The notes under the pieces were generated by a model. It was not told the origin of the DNA. It did not search any database and saw only the letters and a list, made by a program, of their open reading frames with translations. Below are positions 36,023-45,395 of a stretch of DNA of 64,000 nt, piece after piece. Source of the stretch: Clostridia bacterium (GTDB lineage Bacteria; Bacillota; Clostridia; CAKSNL01; HGM11501); assembly GCA_045588365.1 (NCBI GenBank), contig JAZNEB010000024.1, forward strand, positions 48,963-112,962, written 5' to 3'. The stretch's first letter is position 1, and each line of letters opens with the position of its first letter. A program made the translations under genes and the position numbers.

Positions 36023-36591
36023 ATTATCCTTTCTTTAATTTCCCGATACTCTTCAGGTGTATAGAGCCTGTTTATAACCAGTAAAAGCTCCTTTGCGGAA
36101 AGTCTTTTGGGAAGATTTGCTTCCTTTGAGAATTTTTCTCTCTTCTCCCTGCTTCCCAGTCCTCCTGCAAAGCCGTCGGTATAAAATTCATAATAGGAAA
36201 CCTCTTTTTTCTTTTCACTTTTGGAATCGGCCTCGGACAAAAGACGGATTAAAACCTCATCCTCCATGCCCTCGACACCCAAAAGGCCCTCTTTCGAAGG
36301 CTCATCCTTGCGTTTTTCCACGCCTTTTACATCAGGGATATAGAGGTTTATAATTTCCCCCTCTTTTACAAAGCCCTTTATATGATTTCTTATAACAAAG
36401 CCTGCCCTGTCAGAATCTGTAAGAATAATAATTCCTATTTTCTTGGCCAGAGCCGAAATCATATCCTTCATGGCTTTATCCCTGAAAATCCGAAATCCGC
36501 CCGTAGCAATTATATGGGCGTCAACCAGCTTATTTAATTTTATTTTATCGTAGTTTCCCTCAACAATAATTGTTCTTTCTATCTTAAGCAT
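36019..36591 (-). CDS. Toprim-domain protein, ribonuclease M5 (RnmV)-like
   Basis: 190 aa; Toprim motifs IIVEGNYDK...ILTDSDRAG. Confidence 0.6.
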   Translation of the reverse strand: MLKIERTIIVEGNYDKIKLNKLVDAHIIATGGFRIFRDKAMKDMISALAKKIGIIILTDSDRAGFVIRNHIKGFVKEGEIINLYIPDVKGVEKRKDEPSKEGLLGVEGMEDEVLIRLLSEADSKSEKKKEVSYYEFYTDGFAGGLGSREKREKFSKEANLPKRLSAKELLLVINRLYTPEEYREIKERIM

Positions 36592-36599
36592 ATGGTCTC

Positions 36600-37823
36600 C
36601 TAAAAATTTATAATCGTTCGGTACACCTTTTCTGCATAGGAGTCGCTCATTCCCGAAATGTAGTCAACTATCGCTCTTGCAAAATCTTCCTTGCTGTCTC
36701 TTACGTTATATACATTTTTATTCTTTAAGTTTTCTGCCCTTACTTCCTCCAGATCCCAGTACTGGGCTATCCAATGAAGAAAGCTTTGCATAAAGGGATA
36801 GTATTTTGCCGCCTTCATAATTTCCTCTGCAGTTTTCTCCCCTTGATAGGTCTTTAATAAGGTATCAAAAATTTTGTTAAGTGCCATAAAGGCATATTCC
36901 TTGTAGCCCTCTAATCTGTAATGCCCGTAAATATGCTTATAGTTAAATTCCTTTATAAGCTTCATTAAATGAACCCTCTGAGGAGACAAGCATATACCTT
37001 CTTCGGGAGAAGAATTCTTGCATACATCAGAAATAAATTCACTTATAAGGACGGTATTATTTATATGCTCTAAGCTGACTCCCGAAAGCCTGTCGTCGTC
37101 CTTTAAGATTTTCACAAGCTCCTTTATCTCATCTTTGGTTAAAATCTTAAGTATCAGAGCATCCTCCAAGTCTCTTCCCAGATAAGATATTTTATCCGCC
37201 AGCTTAACCACACAACCCTCCCAGGTATAGGGAGCGTAGTCTGATGCCTTCTTAAAGCTTTCAAGGCTCACAGCCTCACTTCTGGGGAAAAGGTGATTCT
37301 CATCAACCTCCCCGCAATGAGACAGAATTCCGTCTCTTACGGCGTAGGTCAAGTTCATGTTTTTACGAAAGCTTTTATCGTCCTCCAAAAGCTCCAGATC
37401 GTCAACCAGATGAAGTGAATTCCGCTCGTGCCAGAAGCCCTCTTTAATGCCGTTTTTTAATGCAATTTCATTAAGCACCCATTCTCCTGCATGACCAAAA
37501 GGGGCATGACCTAAATCGTGTCCCACGGAAATAGCCTTGGTAAGCTCCGTATTAAGCCCCAGATAGTTTCCTATCGTAAAGCTTACAGACTCCACATGGC
37601 AGACGTGCTCTATTCTTGTGCATATATGGTCGCTCTGCGGTGAGAAAAAAACCTGAGTTTTGTGCTTTAAGCGACGGTATGCCATAGAGTGTATTATTCT
37701 TGTATAATCCCTCCCGAAAGGAGTCCTCACATCTTCTTCCCTGTTATAAATGGGAAGTTCTCTTTTTATTGCATTTTCCCATTTTTCGTTTCCTGAAAAT
37801 GCAGCTTCGTTTCTGAATTTCAT
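36600..37823 (-). CDS. dGTP triphosphohydrolase-like HD-domain protein
   Basis: 407 aa; RTPFGRDYTRIIHSMAYRRLKHKTQVF dGTPase N-motif, HD motif (HDLGHAPFGH). Confidence 0.8.
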   Translation of the reverse strand: MKFRNEAAFSGNEKWENAIKRELPIYNREEDVRTPFGRDYTRIIHSMAYRRLKHKTQVFFSPQSDHICTRIEHVCHVESVSFTIGNYLGLNTELTKAISVGHDLGHAPFGHAGEWVLNEIALKNGIKEGFWHERNSLHLVDDLELLEDDKSFRKNMNLTYAVRDGILSHCGEVDENHLFPRSEAVSLESFKKASDYAPYTWEGCVVKLADKISYLGRDLEDALILKILTKDEIKELVKILKDDDRLSGVSLEHINNTVLISEFISDVCKNSSPEEGICLSPQRVHLMKLIKEFNYKHIYGHYRLEGYKEYAFMALNKIFDTLLKTYQGEKTAEEIMKAAKYYPFMQSFLHWIAQYWDLEEVRAENLKNKNVYNVRDSKEDFARAIVDYISGMSDSYAEKVYRTIINF

Positions 37824-38479
37824 TTGTTACTCCTTATTATTTTAATAAGTTCATCGGGACTGTCTATGATAATTTTTGCTCCTGCTTCTGAAAGCTCTTC
37901 CCTGCTTCTGAACCCCCAGCTTACCCCGATGGGAAAAAGCCCCGCATTTATTCCAGTTTTTATGTCAACATAGGTATCTCCAACGAAAAAGGATTTTTCC
38001 CTTTTTCCTTTAAGCTCATCTAAAATTTCATTTACACTCTGAGGGTCGGGCTTTAACGGAACATCCTTTTTCCCGCCACGGCAAATATCTATAAGCTCAT
38101 TTCCTAAAAGCTTTCCCACCACATCAATAGTGGCTTCGTGGGGTTTATTCGATAAAACTGCCGTTTTTATTCCATCTTTTTTAAGTTCTTTCAGCATATC
38201 TTTAATGCCGTCAAAGGGCTTCGTGAGATATAATGTATCCGCATTATATATTTCATTGTATAAGGTGAAAACCTTGTTAAAATTTTCCTCTGTAAGCTCT
38301 CCCTGGGCATCTAACGCCCTTTCTATAAGCAAAACTGCACCGTTACCCACAAAATATTTATATCTGTCCTCGGGAAAAGTCTTAAAGCCGTACTCCGAAA
38401 GAGCTTTATTTCCGTAATAAGTGATGGTTTTTATTGTATTCAAAAGTGTTCCGTCCAGGTCAAAAATAACAGTGCTCAT
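37820..38479 (-). CDS. HAD family hydrolase (phosphoglycolate phosphatase-like)
   Basis: 219 aa; motif I VIFDLDGTLLNT, motif IV VGDTYVDI. Confidence 0.75.
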   Translation of the reverse strand: MSTVIFDLDGTLLNTIKTITYYGNKALSEYGFKTFPEDRYKYFVGNGAVLLIERALDAQGELTEENFNKVFTLYNEIYNADTLYLTKPFDGIKDMLKELKKDGIKTAVLSNKPHEATIDVVGKLLGNELIDICRGGKKDVPLKPDPQSVNEILDELKGKREKSFFVGDTYVDIKTGINAGLFPIGVSWGFRSREELSEAGAKIIIDSPDELIKIIRSNK

Positions 38480-38533
38480 AAAAGTTCCTCTTTAAAAGTT
38501 TTTTCTTAATTATATATTAAAGAAGTTCCTTTG

Positions 38534-41065
38534 TCAACTTTTAAGCCTTCTTAAAAGCTTTGATATTTCACTTACAAAAAGGGGCACAAGAGAAAATAAA
38601 AACACATATATCCAGCCTTTTAAATCCAAAGGTACGGTTTTGAATATTTTGCATAAAAACGGAGTGCCTGAGGATATATACTGAAGAAAACCCCCTATGA
38701 AAAATGACCCTATGAGATAGAAATTATGATTTTCATTTTTAAACACACTGTTTTCAGTTCTCACACAAAAGGCATGGATAAGCTGTGATATACTCAAGGT
38801 ACAAAATGCCATGGTTCTTCCAAGGGCTTCCCCTCCTCCAAGGCGGGTATTTCCAAAGGTAAATGCCGTATAAGCCAAAGCTCCTATAAGCGCTCCTTCA
38901 AATATTATTTCAGATAAAAGCCCATCTCCGAAAAAGCTGCTTTCAGGATTTCTCGGCTTTTTAAGCATAATGTCTGAAGACGGCTTATCCATTCCCAAAG
39001 CTATTGCAGGAAGCGAGTCCGTTATTAAATTCACCCATAAAAGCTGAACGGGGAAAAGTATTGCACCGTTTCCCAAAAGAAAGCCGACCATCATTAAAAT
39101 TATTTCTCCCATATTGGAGGACAAAAGAAAATGAATTGCCTTTCTTATGTTGGAAAAAAGTCCTCTTCCCTCTTTTACGGCTTTTACGATAGTTGCAAAA
39201 TTATCGTCTGTCAATATCATATCCGAGGCACATCTTGCCACATCGGTTCCGCTTTTTCCCATGGCAATCCCTATATCTGCCGAGGATAAGGCAGGTCCGT
39301 CATTTACCCCGTCTCCCGTCATTGCCACAATGTGGCCCTCTTTTTTCAGCGCCTTTACAATTTTCATTTTATGCTCGGGCAAAACCCTTGCAAATATGGA
39401 AACCTCTTTAAGGGCACCTTTCAGCTCCTCCTGGCTCATATGCTCAATTTCCGACCCTTCAATTACCCCTCCTTTATGAATTCCCAGCTCACGTCCTATA
39501 GAAAGGGCGGTTTTTTTATGGTCTCCCGTTATCATTACCACTTTGATTCCCGCATCCAGGCTTTCTTTAACCGCCTTTTTAGCCTCTTTTCTTAAAGGGT
39601 CGCTCAATGCCGCCATCCCAATAAAGGTTAAATTCTCTTCGTCATATTCGGGAGAGTCGGTTATCTTACATGCCAGGGCTATAATCCTCATTCCCGATTC
39701 TGCCATACTGTCATTTTCCTTTTTCAGCCTCTTTAATACCTCACTTGTCATGGGCTTTTTATGTCCGTTTATTTCAGCAAAGGTGCAAAAGGGTATAATT
39801 ATGTCAAAAGCCCCTTTAACCAAAGTTATGTATTTATCCTTATGGGCGTTTACGGTCATCATCCTTTTTCTCTTTGATGAAAAGGGAATCTCTTTTATCC
39901 TTTTATACTCCTTATCAAGCATCTCCTTGTCAAGACCTGAAGCTTTCAATATGGCTTTTTCCGTGGGATTTTCTCCATTCCCAGAGCATACTGCCATAAA
40001 CTTTATAACCTTTTCCCTGTCCCCAGTAACTGTCTTTACCGTCATTTTATTTTCTGTCAGAGTCCCTGTTTTGTCGGTACATATAAAAGTGGCACTTCCC
40101 AAGGTTTCCACCGCAGGCAGGTTTCTTACAACCGCTCCGCTTTTTGCCATTTTGGAAACGGATAATGCCAGCATTACCGTTACTATGGCGGATAAACCCT
40201 CAGGAATTGCCGCCACTGCCAAGGTTACAGAGGTCATGAACATAAAAAGAGGGTCATATTTTTTCAAAACTCCTATAATGAACAGAATTACACAGCAAAA
40301 AACCGCACAGAGAACCATCACCTTGCTTGAGGCATTAAGCTTTTCGGCAAGGGGAGTCTTTTCTGTGCCTTCCGTTTCTATCATGGATGCTAAAAGACCT
40401 ACTTTAGTCTCCATACCCGTTGCTATAACCAGGGCAACGGCGTGTCCCTCCGAAATAAGTGTTGAAGAAAAAAGGATGTTCGCCATTTTAGTTATGGGCG
40501 TATTTTCCCCTGAAACACCCGCTTCATCCTTTGCCACACTTTCAGATTCTCCCGTAAGGGAGGATTCATTAACCATAAGGGAGCTTTCCGTAAGTATCAT
40601 ACAGTCCGCAGGCACCATATCTCCCGTCTCTAAATATAAAATATCTCCCGGCACGATTTTTTCAGAAGGAGTTATTTTTATTTCGCCGTCTCTCATAACC
40701 CTGCTCTTCGGAGCACTTATACTTTTAAGGGCTTCAATTGCCGATATTGCACGGCTTTCCTGAACCACGCCTATTACAGCATTCAATATAACTATTGCCA
40801 GAATTATTAAAGGCTCTAAAATTTCCTTTTCTCCCGAGATATAAGAAATTCCGAAAGAAACCGCTGATGAAACAATCAAAGCAATTATGGAAAAGTCAGA
40901 AAACTGACTTAAAAATCTTTTTATGATACCTTTTTTCTTTTTCCCTTCTATTTTGTTTTCCCCGTACATAAGAAGTCTTCTTTCCGCCTCTTTCGTTGAA
41001 AGCCCGTTTGCCGACGAATTAAGCTCCTTTAACGCCTCGTCCTTTTTCATGGTATAAAAGTACAT
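38534..41065 (-). CDS. Calcium-translocating P-type ATPase (P2A/PMCA-SERCA-like)
   Basis: 843 aa; DKTGTLT phosphorylation site, TGDHKKTA, GDGVNDGPAL hinge motif, 10 TM. Confidence 0.9.
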   Translation of the reverse strand: MYFYTMKKDEALKELNSSANGLSTKEAERRLLMYGENKIEGKKKKGIIKRFLSQFSDFSIIALIVSSAVSFGISYISGEKEILEPLIILAIVILNAVIGVVQESRAISAIEALKSISAPKSRVMRDGEIKITPSEKIVPGDILYLETGDMVPADCMILTESSLMVNESSLTGESESVAKDEAGVSGENTPITKMANILFSSTLISEGHAVALVIATGMETKVGLLASMIETEGTEKTPLAEKLNASSKVMVLCAVFCCVILFIIGVLKKYDPLFMFMTSVTLAVAAIPEGLSAIVTVMLALSVSKMAKSGAVVRNLPAVETLGSATFICTDKTGTLTENKMTVKTVTGDREKVIKFMAVCSGNGENPTEKAILKASGLDKEMLDKEYKRIKEIPFSSKRKRMMTVNAHKDKYITLVKGAFDIIIPFCTFAEINGHKKPMTSEVLKRLKKENDSMAESGMRIIALACKITDSPEYDEENLTFIGMAALSDPLRKEAKKAVKESLDAGIKVVMITGDHKKTALSIGRELGIHKGGVIEGSEIEHMSQEELKGALKEVSIFARVLPEHKMKIVKALKKEGHIVAMTGDGVNDGPALSSADIGIAMGKSGTDVARCASDMILTDDNFATIVKAVKEGRGLFSNIRKAIHFLLSSNMGEIILMMVGFLLGNGAILFPVQLLWVNLITDSLPAIALGMDKPSSDIMLKKPRNPESSFFGDGLLSEIIFEGALIGALAYTAFTFGNTRLGGGEALGRTMAFCTLSISQLIHAFCVRTENSVFKNENHNFYLIGSFFIGGFLQYISSGTPFLCKIFKTVPLDLKGWIYVFLFSLVPLFVSEISKLLRRLKS

Positions 41066-41193
41066 CTTCTCATCCTCCCTTAAATTATAGTTATTCTCCT
41101 TTTTGTTTTGCTATGATATAAAAAAAATCTTTCTTTTTTCTTATATTTATGTTATAATTAAAGATAATATAATTTTTAAGGATGTGCAAAAAA

Positions 41194-41937
41194 ATGAGAA
41201 TTGACGGAAGAGATTTTAACAAGACAAGACCCTGCAGAATAACAAGGGATTTTACAAAATATGCCAAAGGCAGCGTTTTGATTGAAACAGGCGAAACCAA
41301 GGTTATTGTTACAGCCTCGGTGGATGAAAAGGTTCCACCTTTCAAGAAGGATACAGGCTCGGGCTTTATCACGGCGGAATATTCCATGCTTCCTTCTGCC
41401 ACAAAGGAGAGAAACAGCCGTGATATATCAAAGCTCAAACTAAACGGAAGAAGTGCGGAAATACAGCGTCTTATAGGTCGCTGTATCCGTGCGGGCTTTG
41501 ACCTTGATAAAATAGGCGAACGTACCATACAGATAGACTGTGATGTAATTCAGGCTGACGGCGGAACCAGAACCGCTTCCATAACGGGAGCTTTTGTTGC
41601 CACCCTTATTGCCGTTTCCCGTCTTATGGAAGAAGGGCTGATTTCGGAAAATCCCGTAAAGAGCCAGATTGCCGCAGTGAGCCTTGGCATTGTTGACGGG
41701 GTTGCTTTAACTGACCTTTGCTACGAGGAAGACTGCCGTGCAGGAGTTGATATGAATCTTATACTTGATTCTGACCTTAATATAGTGGAAATCCAGGGTG
41801 CTGCAGAGCACGGAACCTATTCAAAGGCAGAGCTTGATGCTCTTTTCAATCTGGGAGTGGAGTCCATTAAATATCTTTTCTCCTGTCAGGAGTCTGTACT
41901 CACAGAAAATGAGCTTAAATTACTTAAAAGGATTTGA
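41194..41937 (+). CDS. rph: Ribonuclease PH
   Basis: ORF 41182..41937; canonical RNase PH N-terminus MRIDGR begins at 41194; classic rph-rdgB pair. Confidence 0.85.
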   Translation: MRIDGRDFNKTRPCRITRDFTKYAKGSVLIETGETKVIVTASVDEKVPPFKKDTGSGFITAEYSMLPSATKERNSRDISKLKLNGRSAEIQRLIGRCIRAGFDLDKIGERTIQIDCDVIQADGGTRTASITGAFVATLIAVSRLMEEGLISENPVKSQIAAVSLGIVDGVALTDLCYEEDCRAGVDMNLILDSDLNIVEIQGAAEHGTYSKAELDALFNLGVESIKYLFSCQESVLTENELKLLKRI

Positions 41938-41941
41938 TTTT

Positions 41942-42529
41942 ATGAAACTTATTATGGCGACCAACAACCAGGGCAAGGTTTTGGAGCTTTCCTCCTATCT
42001 CGGAAATAATTTTGAGGTTATGACTCTGAAGGATGCAGGCTACGAAATCGAGGTTGAGGAAGACGGTAAAACCTTTCGTGAAAATGCAATAAAAAAGGCA
42101 CTCGAAACCTATAAAGTAACAAAAATCCCCTCTATCGGAGACGACTCGGGGCTCTGTGTTGATGCATTATCAGGTGCTCCCGGCATCTATTCCGCCCGTT
42201 GGGCTGGAGAGGGTGCAACTCAGGATATGCTTATAAATAAGCTCTGGTCAGAGCTTTCGGGAAAGGATTTAAAAACCGCAAAATTTGTTTCTGTGGTAGC
42301 ACTTGCCTTTTCCCAGGAGGATATCCTTATCGCTGAGGGTGAATGTAAGGGCATTATAATAGACGAAAAAAGAGGCAACGGTGGCTTTGGCTATGACCCT
42401 GTATTTTTTGTGGAGTCCTTGGGCAAAACCTTTTCAGAGCTTTCTTTAGAAGAAAAAAACAAGATAAGCCACAGAGCCAACGCCTTATTTAATCTTTGTG
42501 AAAAATTAAAGGAGCGGGGCATCATTTAA
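41942..42529 (+). CDS. rdgB: Non-canonical purine NTP pyrophosphatase (RdgB/Ham1)
   Basis: 196 aa; start ATG 41942 (AAGGA RBS); Ham1 motifs ATNNQGK, FGYDPVFF. Confidence 0.9.
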   Translation: MKLIMATNNQGKVLELSSYLGNNFEVMTLKDAGYEIEVEEDGKTFRENAIKKALETYKVTKIPSIGDDSGLCVDALSGAPGIYSARWAGEGATQDMLINKLWSELSGKDLKTAKFVSVVALAFSQEDILIAEGECKGIIIDEKRGNGGFGYDPVFFVESLGKTFSELSLEEKNKISHRANALFNLCEKLKERGII

Positions 42530-42562
42530 AAAGGAAAAAGCCGCTTAAAGCGGCTTTTTAAT
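42530..42562. terminator. Bidirectional terminator (agccgc-ttaaa-gcggct + T5)
   Basis: between rdgB (+) and Cys-rich peptide gene (-). Confidence 0.65.
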
Positions 42563-42565
42563 CCT

Positions 42566-42703
42566 TTAGCAGAGGCAGCCGCCTCCGCATGTGCAGTTAT
42601 CAGTTGTATTTCCGCAGGAGCCGCCGTTATTGCAGCAGCAAAGGATAAGTATGATAAGAATGATGATCCAGAGACATCCGCAGCCATTTGAGTTACCGAA
42701 CAT
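42566..42703 (-). CDS. Cys/Gly/Asn-rich tiny TM peptide (45 aa), YjcZ-like; not in ORF track
   Basis: ATG 42703 preceded by GGAG-7nt; MFGNSNGCGCLWIIILIILILCCCNNGGSCGNTTDNCTCGGGCLC; the 64-aa track ORF 42526..42720 is a different frame running through the terminator hairpin. Confidence 0.5.
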   Translation of the reverse strand: MFGNSNGCGCLWIIILIILILCCCNNGGSCGNTTDNCTCGGGCLC

Positions 42704-42784
42704 AATTTTACTCCTTTCAAAATGAAAACAATTGTTTAAGGAAGATTTTTCCCACCCTCCCTTAAAAGGGAGGGCATGGAGTTT

Positions 42785-42907
42785 TTAGCAGCCGCAGGAA
42801 TTATTGCATTCGCATCCGCATCCGTTATTCTGGAAATTTCCGTTCCCGAATAACACAATTAAGATTAAAATTATAATTATCCATGAGCCATTATTTCCGC
42901 AAAACAT
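42785..42907 (-). CDS. Paralogous Cys/Gly/Asn-rich tiny TM peptide (40 aa), YjcZ-like; not in ORF track
   Basis: ATG 42907 preceded by AAGGAGG-6nt; MFCGNNGSWIIIILILIVLFGNGNFQNNGCGCECNNSCGC. Confidence 0.5.
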   Translation of the reverse strand: MFCGNNGSWIIIILILIVLFGNGNFQNNGCGCECNNSCGC

Positions 42908-43027
42908 AAAAATCCTCCTTGGCTTATTTACTATTTATTTCAAGGGAGTTTTGCCTCCCACAACATATTATGTCAAATTCCATTTTCTGTTACATTTTTC
43001 AAGTAATAAAAAATCGAGGTGTTAATC

Positions 43028-44161
43028 ATGAAGTTTCTAATCCTATCCGTAACTGCAGGGCAAGGGCATCATCAGTGTGCCAAAGCCACTATGGAGGCCC
43101 TTTTGGAAAAAGGCCACAAGGCAGAAATTCTTGATGTTTACAAGGCAGTTTCCTCTCCTTTGGGAGAAACCATTGACAAGGGCTATCTTTTATCCACCAA
43201 ATACGCCCCTGACCTTTACGGAAAATTTTATCAGATTGCGGATGAAAAGGGCCTTGGTTCAGCCATTACAAAAGAAGCACAGAAGCTGGTTTATAAAAAG
43301 ATTGCGGAATTTATAAACGCCTTTGACCCTGACTGTATTATATGCACCCATGTATTCCCTGCCATAATGATTACCTCAGCCATAAAGCATAAAAAAATAA
43401 AGCCCCTTCCGTCCATAGGAATAATAACGGACTTTACCGTACATCCCTATTGGCAGAAGAGCAATCTTTCCGCCTATGTGGTTCCCAGTGAATTTTTGGG
43501 CTATCAATGCAAAATGAAAAACATTCCCGAAGAAAAAATCTGTCCTCTGGGAATTCCAATTTCAAAGAAATTTTCAGAGAAAAAGGATAAAAAAGAAGCA
43601 AGAGAAATCCTTTCAATTCCCGATAAAGACACTATTTTACTTATGACGGGAAGCATGGGCTTTGGCGATGTCCCTTCTCTTTTATCGGAAATTGATTCCA
43701 TAAGCGGAGACTTCCAGATTATCTGTGTCTGCGGAAACAACAAATCCAGTTACGAATTGATTTCATCTTCTTTATATTATCATGATGTATATACTTACGG
43801 TTTTGTGAACAACATAGACATAATGATGGACGCTTCCGACTTTATAATTACAAAACCCGGCGGACTTTCGGTTTCCGAAAGCCTGGCAAAAAATCTCCCC
43901 ATGATTCTGGTAAATCCCATTCCCGGGCAGGAAACCAGAAACCGTGAATTTTTATTGAATTCAGGTCTTGCTCTCGCAGTAAGCCGCACTCTTCCCATTG
44001 GAGAAGCCGTTTACAGGCTTCATAAAAACAAGGGTGTAAGGGAAGCTATGGAAAAGCTCACCTCCTTTTACGCCCATCCCGACTCTGCCGAACAAGTGGC
44101 AGACCTTGCCATAGAGCAGGCTAAAAATGCGATACAGCAGAAAGGAAACAGCCATGAATAA
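43028..44161 (+). CDS. MGDG-synthase/UgtP-like diacylglycerol glycosyltransferase (GT28)
   Basis: 377 aa from ATG 43028 (GAGGTG RBS); N-terminal MGDG_synth domain (ILSVTAGQGHHQ), C-terminal Glyco_tran_28_C. Confidence 0.8.
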   Translation: MKFLILSVTAGQGHHQCAKATMEALLEKGHKAEILDVYKAVSSPLGETIDKGYLLSTKYAPDLYGKFYQIADEKGLGSAITKEAQKLVYKKIAEFINAFDPDCIICTHVFPAIMITSAIKHKKIKPLPSIGIITDFTVHPYWQKSNLSAYVVPSEFLGYQCKMKNIPEEKICPLGIPISKKFSEKKDKKEAREILSIPDKDTILLMTGSMGFGDVPSLLSEIDSISGDFQIICVCGNNKSSYELISSSLYYHDVYTYGFVNNIDIMMDASDFIITKPGGLSVSESLAKNLPMILVNPIPGQETRNREFLLNSGLALAVSRTLPIGEAVYRLHKNKGVREAMEKLTSFYAHPDSAEQVADLAIEQAKNAIQQKGNSHE

Positions 44162-45395
44162 AATAACCTTAAAGCAAGGAATAAATTTATATCTCATTCC
44201 TGATAAAAAGTTCAAAACCTATTTTGCCGGAATATACCTTCATGCCCCTCTTAATGAGAATACCGTTACGGAAAATGCCCTTTTACCTCTTTTACTTAAA
44301 AGAGGCAGCAAGACCTATCCTACAAAGGCGGCAATTTCAGAAAAACTGGATATGCTCATGGGTGCTTCTTTTTCTTCACATGCCAGAAAAAGCGGTGAAA
44401 TACAAACCCTTTCTTTTAGCATAAGCGGCGTTTCGGATGCCTTTTCTCCCTTTGACCATTGCTTCAGGGACGGACTTTCCCTTCTTTCGGATATAGTTTT
44501 CAATCCCCTTATTCCTTTTTCGGAAGAATTTTTAGAAAGCGAAAAGCTTCACCTTTCTGAGCTTATCGAAAGCGAAAAAAATGACAAAAGAGCCTACGCC
44601 TCTTTAAGATGCCGTCAGGAAATGAACAAGGGTACTGCCTATGCCGTTCCTGAACACGGCTATGCTAAAAAGCTTCCATCCATTACAAAAGAAAGCTTAA
44701 AATCCCGTTACGACTCCTTGATTTCAAGCTGTCCTTTGGACATTATTGTTTCAGGCAATTTTAATGAAGCTGATGCCATTAAATTCTTTGATTCCTTAAA
44801 GGATTCCCTTAAGGAAAGAGATGCTTCTCTTCCTTTGACAAAGCTTTCTGTGGAAGGTGAGCTTTCAACCGTTACCGAAACCATGGATATTTCCCAGGGC
44901 AAGCTTTGTATAGGATTTTGTGCTCCCGACAAAGAGGAATATGCCAAAATGACCGTGTATAACTCTGTTTTCGGCGGTGGAGCTCATTCCAAGCTTTTTA
45001 ACAATGTAAGAGAAAAATTGAGTCTTGCCTATTATGCAGGCAGCACCTATGACCCCTTAAAGGGAATTATTCTTGTTTCCTCCGGTATTGAAACAGGAAA
45101 CTTTGAAAAGGCAAGGGATGAAATTCTTCTTCAGCACAAGGCCATGACCTTGGGAGAAATTTCTCAAAACGAGCTTGCCGTTGCCAAAAAAAGCATCATA
45201 AATTCCCTGGTTTCCATGGGTGATTCCGTTACAGGCTTAGCCTCTTTGAAGCTTTCCAGAATTTTAAGAGACGACACAACCGAGACTAAGGATTTAATAG
45301 AAAAAATCGAAAATGTAACTTTGGAGGATCTTTTATCCATAGGCAAAAAGGTTACTCCCAAGCTTATATATCTTTTGAAAGGAGCCGAGAGATAA
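44154..45395 (+). CDS. M16-family peptidase-like protein, probably non-catalytic subunit
   Basis: 413 aa; insulinase fold but no HxxEH; overlaps upstream stop and downstream start. Confidence 0.7.
   Translation: MNKITLKQGINLYLIPDKKFKTYFAGIYLHAPLNENTVTENALLPLLLKRGSKTYPTKAAISEKLDMLMGASFSSHARKSGEIQTLSFSISGVSDAFSPFDHCFRDGLSLLSDIVFNPLIPFSEEFLESEKLHLSELIESEKNDKRAYASLRCRQEMNKGTAYAVPEHGYAKKLPSITKESLKSRYDSLISSCPLDIIVSGNFNEADAIKFFDSLKDSLKERDASLPLTKLSVEGELSTVTETMDISQGKLCIGFCAPDKEEYAKMTVYNSVFGGGAHSKLFNNVREKLSLAYYAGSTYDPLKGIILVSSGIETGNFEKARDEILLQHKAMTLGEISQNELAVAKKSIINSLVSMGDSVTGLASLKLSRILRDDTTETKDLIEKIENVTLEDLLSIGKKVTPKLIYLLKGAER

Noticed and set aside
39543-40763. 406-aa plus-strand ORF
   Set aside because: It lies entirely antisense to the well-supported P-type ATPase gene and has a Ser/Leu/Phe-rich low-complexity translation, typical of a shadow ORF. 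The same applies to 15626..16234, 17584..18300, 15316..15837, 11453..11806 and 10859..11239.
42526-42720. 64-aa minus-strand ORF from the ORF track
   Set aside because: It reads through the rdgB terminator hairpin and lacks an RBS. The overlapping 45-aa Cys-rich ORF in another frame has a strong RBS and stops before the terminator.
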